Shown here piece by piece: positions 37,234 through 46,489 of a DNA stretch of 64,000 nucleotides. The position numbers were made by a program, and so were the translations under genes. Each line of letters opens with the position of its first letter. Position 1 is the stretch's first letter. The DNA lies in assembly GCA_031418495.1 (NCBI GenBank), contig JANOXQ010000121.1, forward strand, positions 1,858 through 65,857, in the 5' to 3' direction. The notes beneath the pieces were generated by a model. That model was not told the origin of the DNA. It did not search any database and saw nothing but the letters and a program-made list of their open reading frames with translations. This stretch comes from Sphingomonadales bacterium. GTDB lineage: Bacteria; Pseudomonadota; Alphaproteobacteria; Sphingomonadales; Sphingomonadaceae.

Positions 37234-38254
37234 ATGTCCTGCCAATGCTTCATTATCCCCAAAGATGTGCTTGAGCGTTATTCAAAAGATAGGTCATTGC
37301 CCGGGGCTGATCGTAAGCAATTTGCCGATGCTGCTAATTTCGAAAGTGAATGGCGCAAGGCACGCGCGGTTAATGCAAAGCTCGCGGTGTCTGGGCAGAA
37401 TATGCTTGAAAGCGTTTTGCAGGCGGTATTCCCGCCCCCGGTTCTAGTCAGCGATTGTAAGAACGGAACTATGCTATCAGGCACCCCCATTGCCGATCCG
37501 GGTAGCTCATCCGATGGCACTGCAAAACGTGCTTTTGACGAAACAAAAGCGGTTGCCAATTTCTATAAACAGATATTCGGGCGCAATTCGCTCGATAATA
37601 ATGGCAAAACCCTGCTCTCATCGACCCACTTTGGCGTCAAATATAACAACGCCTTTTGGAACGGAAACCGGATGACTTACGGGGACGGGGACGGCAATAT
37701 CTTCGTCGATTTCACCAAATCCAACGACGTGATTGCGCATGAGCTAACCCACGGCGTCACCCAGTTTACATCGCAATTTGCTTACACCAATCAGGCGGGT
37801 GGCCTCAACGAAAGCATGTCTGACGTATTCTGATCTATGTTCCGTCAATGGCGCGCCAATCAGACCGTCAATCAGGCCGATTGGCTGATCGGCAGCGGGA
37901 TAATAGGGCCGCGTGCCGCTGCGCAAGGCTTTACCTGCCTGCGTGATATGGCGAACCCAGCGGCCACTTATGCCCTTGCGCCTCAACCGACACATTTTAG
38001 CCAATATCAGAACGGCATGGATCCGCACGAAAGCAGTGGTATTCCCAACCTCGCTTTTTACAAGGCAGCCAAAGCGTATGGCGGAAAAAGCTGGGAAAAG
38101 ATTGGCAAAATCTGGTACAAGGTATTGGCAGGTTATGCAGCTTCACCCAATTTAAGGATGTTGGCTTTTGCGAACCGAACGCGTCGACAGGCTAGGCTTA
38201 TGTTTCCTGGCGATGCTGCTTTGTACAACGCCATCAATAGCCGTCGGACTGTAA
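37234..38254 (+). pseudogene. protealysin-like M4 metalloprotease, disrupted by an in-frame TGA (37831) and a frameshift (about 38240)
   Basis: CFIIP propeptide, YNNAFWNG, HELTHG, GGLNESMSDVF-stop-SMFRQW, PHESSGIPN; the natural end AVGL-stop (38240-38254) is in a shifted frame. Confidence 0.85.
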
Positions 38255-38282
38255 GGCGGCCCGTATTGAAAGGCCGCGCGAT

Positions 38283-38570
38283 ATGGGCATACTCAAGGTT
38301 GAACGTATCGGCGGTCTTGCTGGCTTTGGCGGCGCTAAATCGCGGCTCAAGAGTGACGGCGAAATCGCGTTTTCGGCACTGCCGCTCAGTGATCAGAAGG
38401 CGGTGGAGGCGCTGTTTAAGGCGCATGGAACTGCCGCCCCATCGCAAACGCGCGATGGTTTTAGTTACCGCATTACACGCGGGGGGAGTGCGGTAGGCGA
38501 GAGTATTCTCGTTCCCGAGGATACAATGCCCGCCGCCCTTATCGCCTGTGTGAAAGACCGGATCGGTTAA
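38283..38570 (+). CDS. emfourin (protealysin inhibitor) family protein
   Basis: LKVERIGGLAGFG..RDGFSYRIT..VPE pattern; canonical position directly downstream of a protealysin-like gene. Confidence 0.8.
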   Translation: MGILKVERIGGLAGFGGAKSRLKSDGEIAFSALPLSDQKAVEALFKAHGTAAPSQTRDGFSYRITRGGSAVGESILVPEDTMPAALIACVKDRIG

Positions 38571-38965
38571 GCTGGGCCCATCCGGAATACGCACAATTTA
38601 TTACCATCAGGATCACGGAAATAGGCCGCGTAAAATGCTTGTGGCCCTTCTTCTCCGCGCAAACCCGGAGGGCCTTCGCAACTGCCGCCAAGTTCAAGTG
38701 CCTTTGAATAAAGCGCATCAACCTTGGCCCGTTCATCAACGGTAAGCGCGAGCATGTTGCCATTGCCAGCCGTCGCGGCAGCCTTGTTATGCGGATTGGT
38801 GACGGCAATGCCTGGTTTGTCAAACGCGACACCCCATAGCGTGAACCCACCGAGGTCATCACCAAATTCCATCATCCGCTTTGCGCCAATTTCGCCAAGC
38901 AGCGCATCGTAAAAAGCACGGGCGCGCGGCAGATTATCGCTGCCTAATGTTGCGTAACCGATCAT
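38567..38965 (-). CDS. VOC family protein
   Basis: MIGYATLGSDNLPRARAFYDALL..YAAYFRDPDGNKL. Confidence 0.9.
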   Translation of the reverse strand: MIGYATLGSDNLPRARAFYDALLGEIGAKRMMEFGDDLGGFTLWGVAFDKPGIAVTNPHNKAAATAGNGNMLALTVDERAKVDALYSKALELGGSCEGPPGLRGEEGPQAFYAAYFRDPDGNKLCVFRMGPA

Positions 38966-38988
38966 CTCTCTCTCCTCTTGCGTATCAT

Positions 38989-39426
38989 TCAGCCAAACGC
39001 ATCGCCGCCCGCAGGCAGCGGCGCAAACCGGATTAGCCGACTGGTCAGCACCGCCGCCTGACGGTGAACCACAGCGATCCGGTAATCGGGATCTGTGACC
39101 ATTTCAAGAAACGCCGAAGCTGTGGGGTATGACGCGATGAAACTTGCATCCCACCGTGCCTCATCAGGGCCGATCAGCACTGCCTCCATATGCCCGCGCC
39201 AGACGATACCGCCGCCGCCGCGCGCGAATATGGGGGCGCTGGTGCGGCCATATTCAGCATAAGCCTGCGCGCCGCTTAAGCCTTTGCCAGCATGGCTATG
39301 TCCTTCGGGATAAGCCGCCACCTCGCGAAAGCGGAGCAGGTTGAGCATGTTAATCGGCATATCGCGCGGGAGTGATTTGAAAAAATCAAACTGCGCGCGC
39401 TCTGGGTCAACATGCTCATCGTGCAT
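38989..39426 (-). CDS. DUF1330 family protein
   Basis: PINMLNLLRFR..AYAEYG..YPTASAFLEMV..HRQAA pattern. Confidence 0.8.
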   Translation of the reverse strand: MHDEHVDPERAQFDFFKSLPRDMPINMLNLLRFREVAAYPEGHSHAGKGLSGAQAYAEYGRTSAPIFARGGGGIVWRGHMEAVLIGPDEARWDASFIASYPTASAFLEMVTDPDYRIAVVHRQAAVLTSRLIRFAPLPAGGDAFG

Positions 39427-39444
39427 TGCCTTGGCTACCTTTGT

Positions 39445-40998
39445 TTAGCGAGACGGGGTGAAGTTGGGCCTTGGCGTCAGTGGAGCGCCGCCAATTTCAA
39501 ACGCATGGCCAGCCGCTAACACCTTCGCATCGGCCCATTTGAGGCCAATGAACGAAAGCCCAACCGGCAGACCGTTGGTCAACCCCATCGGCACGGTCAA
39601 ATGCGGATAGCCTGCGACCGCCGGACGCTGGCTTGCGCTTGGCCCGATAAAGGCATCACCCGAACCAAGCGTCGTCCGCCACGCAACGCCGTTGGTCTGT
39701 GTCACCAGCACATCAAGCCGGTTGGTCGAAAACAGCCGGTCAAGCCCGTCGGTGCGCGACAGCCGCCGCGCCGTTGCAAGCGCTGAGGTGTAAGTGGTGG
39801 TGTTCAATCCCGTCGTCTGCTGCGACGCTACAAACGTCTCTTGTCCAAAAAATTGCAGCTCGGTTGCGGCATTGGCCGTGTTGAAAGCAATCAGATCAGC
39901 CAGAGTCCGCGATGGCACGAGGCCCGTCGGAAGCCCCTGAAGATAAAGGCCGATATCAACCTTAAACTCGGTCAGCAGCACGGTATTTTCCGCCGAACCA
40001 AGTGTGCCCGAGGACGGATAAGTGACCGAAACCACCGTCGCACCCGCATTGCGCAACCGTGTGATTGCGGCCGAAATCAACCCCTCATCGGTGCCCGACG
40101 TGCGGATTATACCAACGCGCAAACCGCGCAGCCCGTTCGCGCTCAGCGCCGCCACATAATCGACCTTGCGCGCATCGGCCTCAACCGTTGCTGGGTCGGT
40201 TGGATCACTGCCCGCCATTGCGGTCAGCATGATTGCCGCATCACGCACGGTGAGCGTCATTGGCCCAGCGGTATCTTGGCTGCGACTGATCGGCACAATG
40301 CGTGAGCGCGAGACGAGGCCAACTGTTGGCTTAAACCCTACAACGCCGTTGACCGAAGACGGGCAGACGATTGATCCGTCAGTCTCAGTACCAACTGCGC
40401 CCGACGCGAGCCGCGCCGCCATGCCAGCGCCGCTCCCTGAGGAGGAGCCACAAGCATTGTGCGTCAGCAGATAAGGATTGCGCGTGAGACCGCCGGTCAG
40501 GCTATACCCACTGGTCGAGCCATTGCCGCGAAAATTGGCCCATTCGGAAAGGTTGGTCTTGCCAAGGATGATCGCGCCCGCCGCACGCAGCCGCGCGACC
40601 ATTGGCGCATCACGGCGCGTGTTGTTGTTCCGAAGCGCAAGCGATCCAGCGGTCGTCGCCATATTATCCGACGATTCGATATTATCCTTGAGGAAAATCG
40701 GGATGCCGTGGAGTAGCCCACGCACCCGCCCGCTTGCGCGTTCGGCATCAAGCGCGCGCGCCTGCGCGATGATATCGGGATTGGTGACGATCACCGCGCG
40801 GATCGCTGGCCCCGCATCATCAATCGCCGCAATCCGAGAGAGATAGGCCTGAACCAGCGCCTCACTCGTCGTCCGTCCAGCGGAAAGATCAGCCGCATTT
40901 TCCGAAAGTGTCTTCGGCAGCGCCGTCTGAGCCGCAAGGGGTTGCGCAAAAGCCGCCACCGCTGCAACACATCCAAATATCGTAATTCTCTTTTGCAT
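39445..40998 (-). CDS. amidase signature family enzyme (secreted)
   Basis: LHGIPIFLKDNI, GKTNLSEWAN, GSSSGSG and GTETDGSIVCPS motifs; signal peptide. Confidence 0.92.
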   Translation of the reverse strand: MQKRITIFGCVAAVAAFAQPLAAQTALPKTLSENAADLSAGRTTSEALVQAYLSRIAAIDDAGPAIRAVIVTNPDIIAQARALDAERASGRVRGLLHGIPIFLKDNIESSDNMATTAGSLALRNNNTRRDAPMVARLRAAGAIILGKTNLSEWANFRGNGSTSGYSLTGGLTRNPYLLTHNACGSSSGSGAGMAARLASGAVGTETDGSIVCPSSVNGVVGFKPTVGLVSRSRIVPISRSQDTAGPMTLTVRDAAIMLTAMAGSDPTDPATVEADARKVDYVAALSANGLRGLRVGIIRTSGTDEGLISAAITRLRNAGATVVSVTYPSSGTLGSAENTVLLTEFKVDIGLYLQGLPTGLVPSRTLADLIAFNTANAATELQFFGQETFVASQQTTGLNTTTYTSALATARRLSRTDGLDRLFSTNRLDVLVTQTNGVAWRTTLGSGDAFIGPSASQRPAVAGYPHLTVPMGLTNGLPVGLSFIGLKWADAKVLAAGHAFEIGGAPLTPRPNFTPSR

Positions 40999-41162
40999 GA
41001 CCCGTCCTTGTGCTTATCGTTGAAGCGCGGAGATTGCCCGATCAGAGGTCGTCATGCAAGATGGGCGTGTTGCAATATGAGGCTGGATTGGTGTGGGAAG
41101 GCGTTGGACTGATTTTGTCGCGCAAAGGTGCGAAGAAGAAGGGGCATAATTTTCTAGGAGCA

Positions 41163-41342
41163 CCCCTTTCAAAAAAGTAACGGAAAACTCAGGAAGTTGA
41201 CACTGAATCGGTATGTTTTCCAACTCCGCGCGATGAGAAAAATACGGCCCAACCGGTACGCCAAAACGACGCACTGAGAAGGGCAAGCCAAGGGCGATAA
41301 CATCAACCATATTCAGAACATAGCATGAATATTTGGTGTAGG
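41163..41342 (-). repeat. dispersed ~180-bp LexA-box element, copy 3
   Basis: Collinear with 18675-18852; GAACATAGCATGAAT at 41316-41330, TGTAGG at 41337-41342. Confidence 0.8.
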
Positions 41343-41440
41343 AAACATCTATGATTGCGGTCGCTTTGTTGGGGGCGGCGGAATAGCGGGTTTTGGGGAG
41401 AAAGTCGCAAAAGCGGACCCTCAGTGAATTCGAGAATTAA

Positions 41441-42449
41441 GTATTGTGTCCCCAGAATCCCCGATGCTTTATTGCCCTTGGCGATGCAATAGTCAGGCGG
41501 TAGGCTCCGTTCGAGAAAAAGGGGAGCAAAAATGCAGCTAAGCAGAAGCGAACTCGGAGCAATTGCGATGGCGATGGCCAGCCTCGCTTCCTGCGGCCCA
41601 AGCGGCCAACTACAAGGAAAGAGCGACCGCGAGCTAGACGGCTATGCCGGGTTGAAGTTGGGTTCAACCTTCGAAGAGGCAATGTTGGTAGCGGCCCCAA
41701 GCGACTTCAACCCCTCCGGGCTGAATGAGTGCTTAGAGGATATGCCGATCAAGGGATGCTTCCTATCCCCAGAAAACGACCTGAGCACATTTAGACGCGT
41801 CCAGGGTATTCCCTATGGGCTGCAACTCGAATTCAATCGGCTGGGTGCGCTTACGGACATCACTTTGCGATTCACGCGAAGGCGCACTTACGATGATGAC
41901 TTGAATCCGGTTTCGGCAACAATTACGAAATCGGAGTGTTCAAGTGTTGTCGAACGGACCATTGACTGGGTTTCTGCCGAATACGGCAACTTGGTATCAA
42001 AGCAGCCCAAAGGCTCAGATTTCCAACCTGCCAAGACTGCGAATGGCAATGCGTATTGGCGGAACAAGAGTACGGATGGATCGGGCTTCTTTGCCACCGG
42101 AGATGTGGAATTTAAGGGTAGTCGATCAGTGGGCTTGTTCGCCTATTTCTTGCTACTCGATGGTGAACCGGACTGCTCCATCTCCGTGTTATTCAAAGAA
42201 GCGTCAAAAATTGAGCGGAGAGTATCAGATTCAGACACGAAGGCTCAATCGGAACATATCGTCGAAAAGGCTGCGAGGCCGCAAGCACAAGCAAAGCGTC
42301 GATATCCTTACGTTACGCCTGATGGCGTCGATATCACGAGTGAAGAAGACGAGAGGAACTGGAGGAAGTACGGAACTACTGATCCAAACGGTGGTGAGTG
42401 AAGCTCCTTGCAGAATTCCGGGGACACCAGAATTCCGGGGACACAATAC
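41441..42449. mobile_element. candidate non-autonomous gene cassette bounded by 18-bp inverted repeats GTATTGTGTCCCCrGAAT
   Basis: IR-L 41441-41458 and IR-R 42432-42449 (one mismatch); tandem duplication of CAGAATTCCGGGGACAC at 42411-42444; one cargo gene inside. Confidence 0.55.
41532..42401 (+). CDS. hypothetical lipoprotein (cassette cargo)
   Basis: Lipobox LASC; GGGGAG upstream; codon use differs from neighbours; no recognised domain. Confidence 0.7.
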   Translation: MQLSRSELGAIAMAMASLASCGPSGQLQGKSDRELDGYAGLKLGSTFEEAMLVAAPSDFNPSGLNECLEDMPIKGCFLSPENDLSTFRRVQGIPYGLQLEFNRLGALTDITLRFTRRRTYDDDLNPVSATITKSECSSVVERTIDWVSAEYGNLVSKQPKGSDFQPAKTANGNAYWRNKSTDGSGFFATGDVEFKGSRSVGLFAYFLLLDGEPDCSISVLFKEASKIERRVSDSDTKAQSEHIVEKAARPQAQAKRRYPYVTPDGVDITSEEDERNWRKYGTTDPNGGE

Positions 42450-42526
42450 CAATTAGATGTTTGCTTTCAGGTGATGCACTCCAATTTGTGAACGCCTGAA
42501 AAGGTCGCGAATCCTGCCACCTATTA

Positions 42527-42628
42527 CCGTCGCCCCGCACTTGATGCGGGGCTTGGCTTTTCCGCCAGCCAGAATGGAAAGAGCATTTTCTGTTGACACC
42601 GCAAAGGCAGTCAAGCACGGGGCGACGG
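42527..42628. repeat. CGTC-type REP doublet downstream of the cassette
   Basis: CCGTCGCCCCGCACTTGATGCGGGGC and TCAAGCACGGGGCGACGG; same subfamily as 20183-20285. Confidence 0.75.
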
Positions 42629-42729
42629 TGTTTTGAATGTCTGGTATTAAAAAGCTAAGTGGTACGGCTGACGGCAGAAACTCGCCGCATCCCGACATCT
42701 CCACATTTCCCTCAAACCCCAGCCCCGCC

Positions 42730-43506
42730 TCAGGCCAGCGCAGCACCGCCAGAGAAATTATAAGGGTCAATCCCCCGCGCGTGGTAAGCCTTATGGGCGC
42801 GGGCGTAATGGGTTGATGCGTCGATATTCATCCGGGCGCGGGCGGCCTCAAGCGGTTCGGCGAGGAGTGCTGCAATATCTTGCTTAAACAGTGGCTCGGC
42901 TGCCTTCCCAATGCGGATCGCCTCGCGGACGGCGGCAAAGACGGGCGCATCGGCCTTCACGCGCCGCCACAATTCAAACGCACCTGCCCAAGCCAGAAAT
43001 CCATCCGTCCAAGCGCGGTATTGGCTGTAAGAAAAACCAAGCGCGCACTGTTCACCCAGCGGATCGCGGCCATAGCCTGTTAGCACATGAACAAGATCAT
43101 GCGTATCGCGCAGCCGATCATGAAACCATTGCGCCTGATCATCAAAACGCGCCCTGCCCGCCTTTGCGCTTTCGGCAACCAACCCAGCGGCGGAAAGCCC
43201 TTCGGCGCGCATAAACGCAACATAGGCATGGGCGACCGACCCGGCCGGCATCGCAAGCAGCCGATCATGATCATCAAGCAAATTAGGCAGATAAGGCTCC
43301 TGCGCCATCCGCACCTGACCTTGGGAACTTTCGCAAAAAGCGCGTAGTACCCGATCATAGCCAGCGCTTGGCAGGCAATCGGTCATGTGGAAAACCTGCT
43401 CAGTATCTTCCTTATCAGCGATGAGTTTTTGAAAATGACCAAGCGCCTTAAACGGACGCAAGCGGAGCGGCGGGCGAAGCGGATCGTAGATATGAGTCGT
43501 CATCAT
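42730..43506 (-). CDS. Coq4-like protein
   Basis: GSVAHAYVAFM, RLRDTHDLVHVLTGYGRDPLGE (HDxxH..E); start placed at ATG 43506. Confidence 0.85.
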   Translation of the reverse strand: MMTTHIYDPLRPPLRLRPFKALGHFQKLIADKEDTEQVFHMTDCLPSAGYDRVLRAFCESSQGQVRMAQEPYLPNLLDDHDRLLAMPAGSVAHAYVAFMRAEGLSAAGLVAESAKAGRARFDDQAQWFHDRLRDTHDLVHVLTGYGRDPLGEQCALGFSYSQYRAWTDGFLAWAGAFELWRRVKADAPVFAAVREAIRIGKAAEPLFKQDIAALLAEPLEAARARMNIDASTHYARAHKAYHARGIDPYNFSGGAALA

Positions 43507-43527
43507 AGCCTGAGAATCTACATCTGC

Positions 43528-43541
43528 TGACATTAATGTCA
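43528..43541. promoter_or_regulatory. perfect palindrome TGACATTAATGTCA, candidate operator of the Coq4-like gene
   Basis: 14-bp perfect inverted repeat about 20 bp upstream of the ATG. Confidence 0.5.
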
Positions 43542-43598
43542 ATAGTGTTTTTAGTGATTGTATCGCCCCCATTGCTCCTCGGCTAATTGCGGCCTATT

Positions 43599-43613
43599 GT
43601 TCTTGCTATGTCC
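43599..43613 (+). promoter_or_regulatory. alphaproteobacterial LexA (SOS) box over the uvrB start
   Basis: GTTC-TTGCTAT-GTCC, one mismatch to GTTC-N7-GTTC, overlapping ATG 43608. Confidence 0.7.
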
Positions 43614-45794
43614 CTAGTCATCCGTACATCGCTTGCCGAGCCTGAAACTGGCGCTGAATTCGTCCCGCACCGCCCCGTTCGTCCGCCCAAGGTGGAGGGC
43701 GGCAAACGGTTTGAGATTGTCAGCGATTATACGCCCGCCGGGGATCAGCCGACTGCAATTGCTGAGCTTGTCGCGGGGATTGCAGCGCAGGAGCGTGATC
43801 AGGTGCTGCTCGGCGTTACGGGTTCGGGCAAGACGTTCACCGTTGCCAAGGTGATTGAGGCGGTGCAGCGGCCTGCGCTGATCCTTGCGCCCAATAAAAT
43901 CCTTGCCGCACAGCTTTACGGCGAGTTCAAAAGCTTTTTCCCGAACAATGCGGTGGAATATTTCGTCAGTTACTATGATTACTATCAGCCCGAGGCCTAT
44001 GTCGCGCGGTCGGACACCTACATCGAAAAGGAAAGTTCGGTAAACGAAGCGATTGACCGGATGCGCCACTCCGCCACGCGTTCGCTGCTTGAGCGCGATG
44101 ATGTGATCATCGTTGCCTCGGTTTCGTGCCTTTACGGGATTGGATCGGTCGAAACCTATTCGGCAATGATTTTTGACCTCAAGAAAGGCGGCACTGCCGA
44201 TCAACGCGAGATCATCCGCAAGCTTGTTGCGCTCCAATATAAGCGCAACGACGCCGCCTTTGCGCGCGGCAATTTCCGCGTGCGCGGCGACAATCTCGAA
44301 ATTTTCCCAAGCCATTATGAAGATACCGCGTGGCGGATCAGTTTCTTCGGCGATGATATCGAGGAGATCACTGAATTTGACCCGCTTACGGGCAAGAAAA
44401 TCGCCAACCTCGATTTCATCCGCATTTATGCGAACAGCCACCACGTCACCCCCGGCCCGACGCTCAAGCAAGCGATGGAGGCAATTAAACTTGAACTTGA
44501 AGTGCGCCTCAAGGAAATGGTTGGAGAGGGCAAGCTGCTTGAGGCGCAGCGGCTTGAGCAGCGCACCAATTTCGATCTTGAGATGATCGCGGCGACAGGA
44601 AGCTGTGCAGGGATCGAGAATTACAGCCGCTTTCTTTCGGGGCGGCTTCCCGGCGAGCCACCACCGACCTTGTTTGAATATCTCCCCGAGAATGCGCTGC
44701 TGTTTGTTGATGAAAGCCATGTGAGCATTGGCCAGATCAACGGCATGTCACGGGGTGATCACCGCCGCAAACTCACGCTCGCTGAATATGGCTTCCGCTT
44801 GCCAAGCTGCATCGATAACCGCCCCTTACGTTTCAACGAATGGGATGCGATGCGCCCGCAGACCACTTACGTCTCGGCAACCCCAGGCAATTGGGAAATG
44901 GAGCGCGTGCAGGGCGTGTTTGCCGAACAAGTCATCCGCCCAACCGGACTGATCGACCCGCCCGTCGAAATTCGCCCTACAGAAGATCAAGTGCAGGACT
45001 GCATCAACGAATGCCGCAAGGTCGCGGGAGAAGGATACCGCACGCTTGTTACCACACTGACCAAGCGGATGGCAGAGGATTTGACGGAGTTTATGCATGA
45101 GGCAGGCTTGCGCGTCCGCTACATGCACAGCGACGTTGAAACGCTTGAACGGATTGAGCTGATCCGCGATCTGCGGCTTGGCGTTTATGATGTCCTCGTC
45201 GGGATCAACCTGCTGCGTGAAGGACTCGACATTCCCGAATGCGGATTGGTGACGATATTGGATGCGGATAAGGAAGGCTTTCTCCGCTCCGAAACCTCGC
45301 TGATCCAAACGATTGGTCGCGCCGCGCGCAACGTTGATGGCCGCGTGATCCTCTATGCTGACCGGATGACGGGCAGCATGGAACGCGCGATCAACGAAAC
45401 CAACCGCCGCCGCGAAAAGCAGGTCGCCTACAACAGTCTCCACGGCATCACCCCGGCATCAATCAAACGCAACATCGCCGACATTATCGGAGATGTTTCA
45501 AACCGCGACAGCGTCCTCGTCGAAATCGAAGACGGCCCCGCGCACATGGTCGGCCACAATCTGCGCGCCTATATCGAAGACCTTGAAAAGCGGATGCGCA
45601 AAGCGGCAGGCGATCTCGAATTTGAAGAGGCTGGCAGGCTCCGCGATGAAATCCGGATGCTTGAGCAAAACGAACTTGGCATTCCCGTCGCTGGCCAAGT
45701 CGCCCCGATCATGGGCCGCAGCAACGAAGGCAAGCCGGGAACACGCAAAGGGCGATTTGGGAAGAGCAGTACGTTTAAGGGCCGGGGGCGGTGA
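43608..45794 (+). CDS. uvrB: excinuclease ABC subunit UvrB
   Basis: PAGDQPTAI, LGVTGSGKT, YYDYYQPEAY, VSATPG, LREGLDIPE and QTIGRAARN motifs; C-terminal UVR domain. Confidence 0.98.
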   Translation: MSLVIRTSLAEPETGAEFVPHRPVRPPKVEGGKRFEIVSDYTPAGDQPTAIAELVAGIAAQERDQVLLGVTGSGKTFTVAKVIEAVQRPALILAPNKILAAQLYGEFKSFFPNNAVEYFVSYYDYYQPEAYVARSDTYIEKESSVNEAIDRMRHSATRSLLERDDVIIVASVSCLYGIGSVETYSAMIFDLKKGGTADQREIIRKLVALQYKRNDAAFARGNFRVRGDNLEIFPSHYEDTAWRISFFGDDIEEITEFDPLTGKKIANLDFIRIYANSHHVTPGPTLKQAMEAIKLELEVRLKEMVGEGKLLEAQRLEQRTNFDLEMIAATGSCAGIENYSRFLSGRLPGEPPPTLFEYLPENALLFVDESHVSIGQINGMSRGDHRRKLTLAEYGFRLPSCIDNRPLRFNEWDAMRPQTTYVSATPGNWEMERVQGVFAEQVIRPTGLIDPPVEIRPTEDQVQDCINECRKVAGEGYRTLVTTLTKRMAEDLTEFMHEAGLRVRYMHSDVETLERIELIRDLRLGVYDVLVGINLLREGLDIPECGLVTILDADKEGFLRSETSLIQTIGRAARNVDGRVILYADRMTGSMERAINETNRRREKQVAYNSLHGITPASIKRNIADIIGDVSNRDSVLVEIEDGPAHMVGHNLRAYIEDLEKRMRKAAGDLEFEEAGRLRDEIRMLEQNELGIPVAGQVAPIMGRSNEGKPGTRKGRFGKSSTFKGRGR

Positions 45795-46282
45795 GCAGAG
45801 ATCGCCAAATAATTGAGTCACAGGCCGAAATGTACCGCTTGTCGAACGAGATATCTGCAAAATTTGTTGCTGACCTAGTTTATGGTCAATTTCGCGAAGA
45901 ATTTGATCTTATCGCTCGTGCCTTAAACGGAGAAAAATCGGCTCGGTTTGGATCTTTCAGGGTGCTTTTGCGCCGCTTTGGACGGAAGGAGTCTAAGCCA
46001 TTAATTTCGATTTCGTCTCAAAAATCAAATTATAATTGGCTGCTAACTATACAACCGCGAGAGGATGCGAATAGGCCTGATGGCGGAAAACGCCGCCGAG
46101 CGCGAGAACGTGAATTCGAAGTCAACGAAATTGGGGAGGTTTATTACCGATCCCGTCGCGAAGGCCTGTCTGACATGGACTCGCTCAAAGCGGCGCAACA
46201 AGTCTTGAAACTCAATCTATCGCTTCGAACCATCCGGGCCAAGGTGCAGGAGTTTCGAAAAGCGGCAATAAAACGCGGCTAG
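45791..46282 (+). CDS. hypothetical accessory protein, possible C-terminal HTH, possibly truncated by an amber codon
   Basis: GTGA overlap with the uvrB stop; AT-richer; frame stays open for 55 codons after TAG 46280. Confidence 0.5.
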   Translation: MSRDRQIIESQAEMYRLSNEISAKFVADLVYGQFREEFDLIARALNGEKSARFGSFRVLLRRFGRKESKPLISISSQKSNYNWLLTIQPREDANRPDGGKRRRAREREFEVNEIGEVYYRSRREGLSDMDSLKAAQQVLKLNLSLRTIRAKVQEFRKAAIKRG

Positions 46283-46489
46283 GTTGATCCTTACGCAGCC
46301 GTTGAAGCTGCGCGCCGCTACTCTAAAGGGCATAGCATCCCCGAGCCTGACCTCACTATTGCTGATATGACAAAAAAGGGGCGTCCCTTGAAAAAGGTAC
46401 AAGCACAGCCATCGCGTTCTGTACTATTACCATTTCAGAAACCCAGTTAGCCCCGTTCCAATTGTACTGAAATCGAGCGGTGACGAGCA

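Noticed and set aside
41014-41310. ORFs inside the LexA-box elements (also 18593-18820) as a conserved small protein
   Set aside because: Translations of the homologous copies are in different frames and share no sequence, so the element is treated as non-coding.
20115-41420. GTCCGCTTT (about 20115) and AAAGCGGAC (about 41410) motifs as integron attC sites
   Set aside because: Only half-sites are visible; I could not build a full R''-L''-L'-R' hairpin, and there is no integron integrase in the window.
43614-44720. 368-aa ORF antisense to uvrB
   Set aside because: Shadow ORF from codon bias of a highly conserved gene; no motifs.
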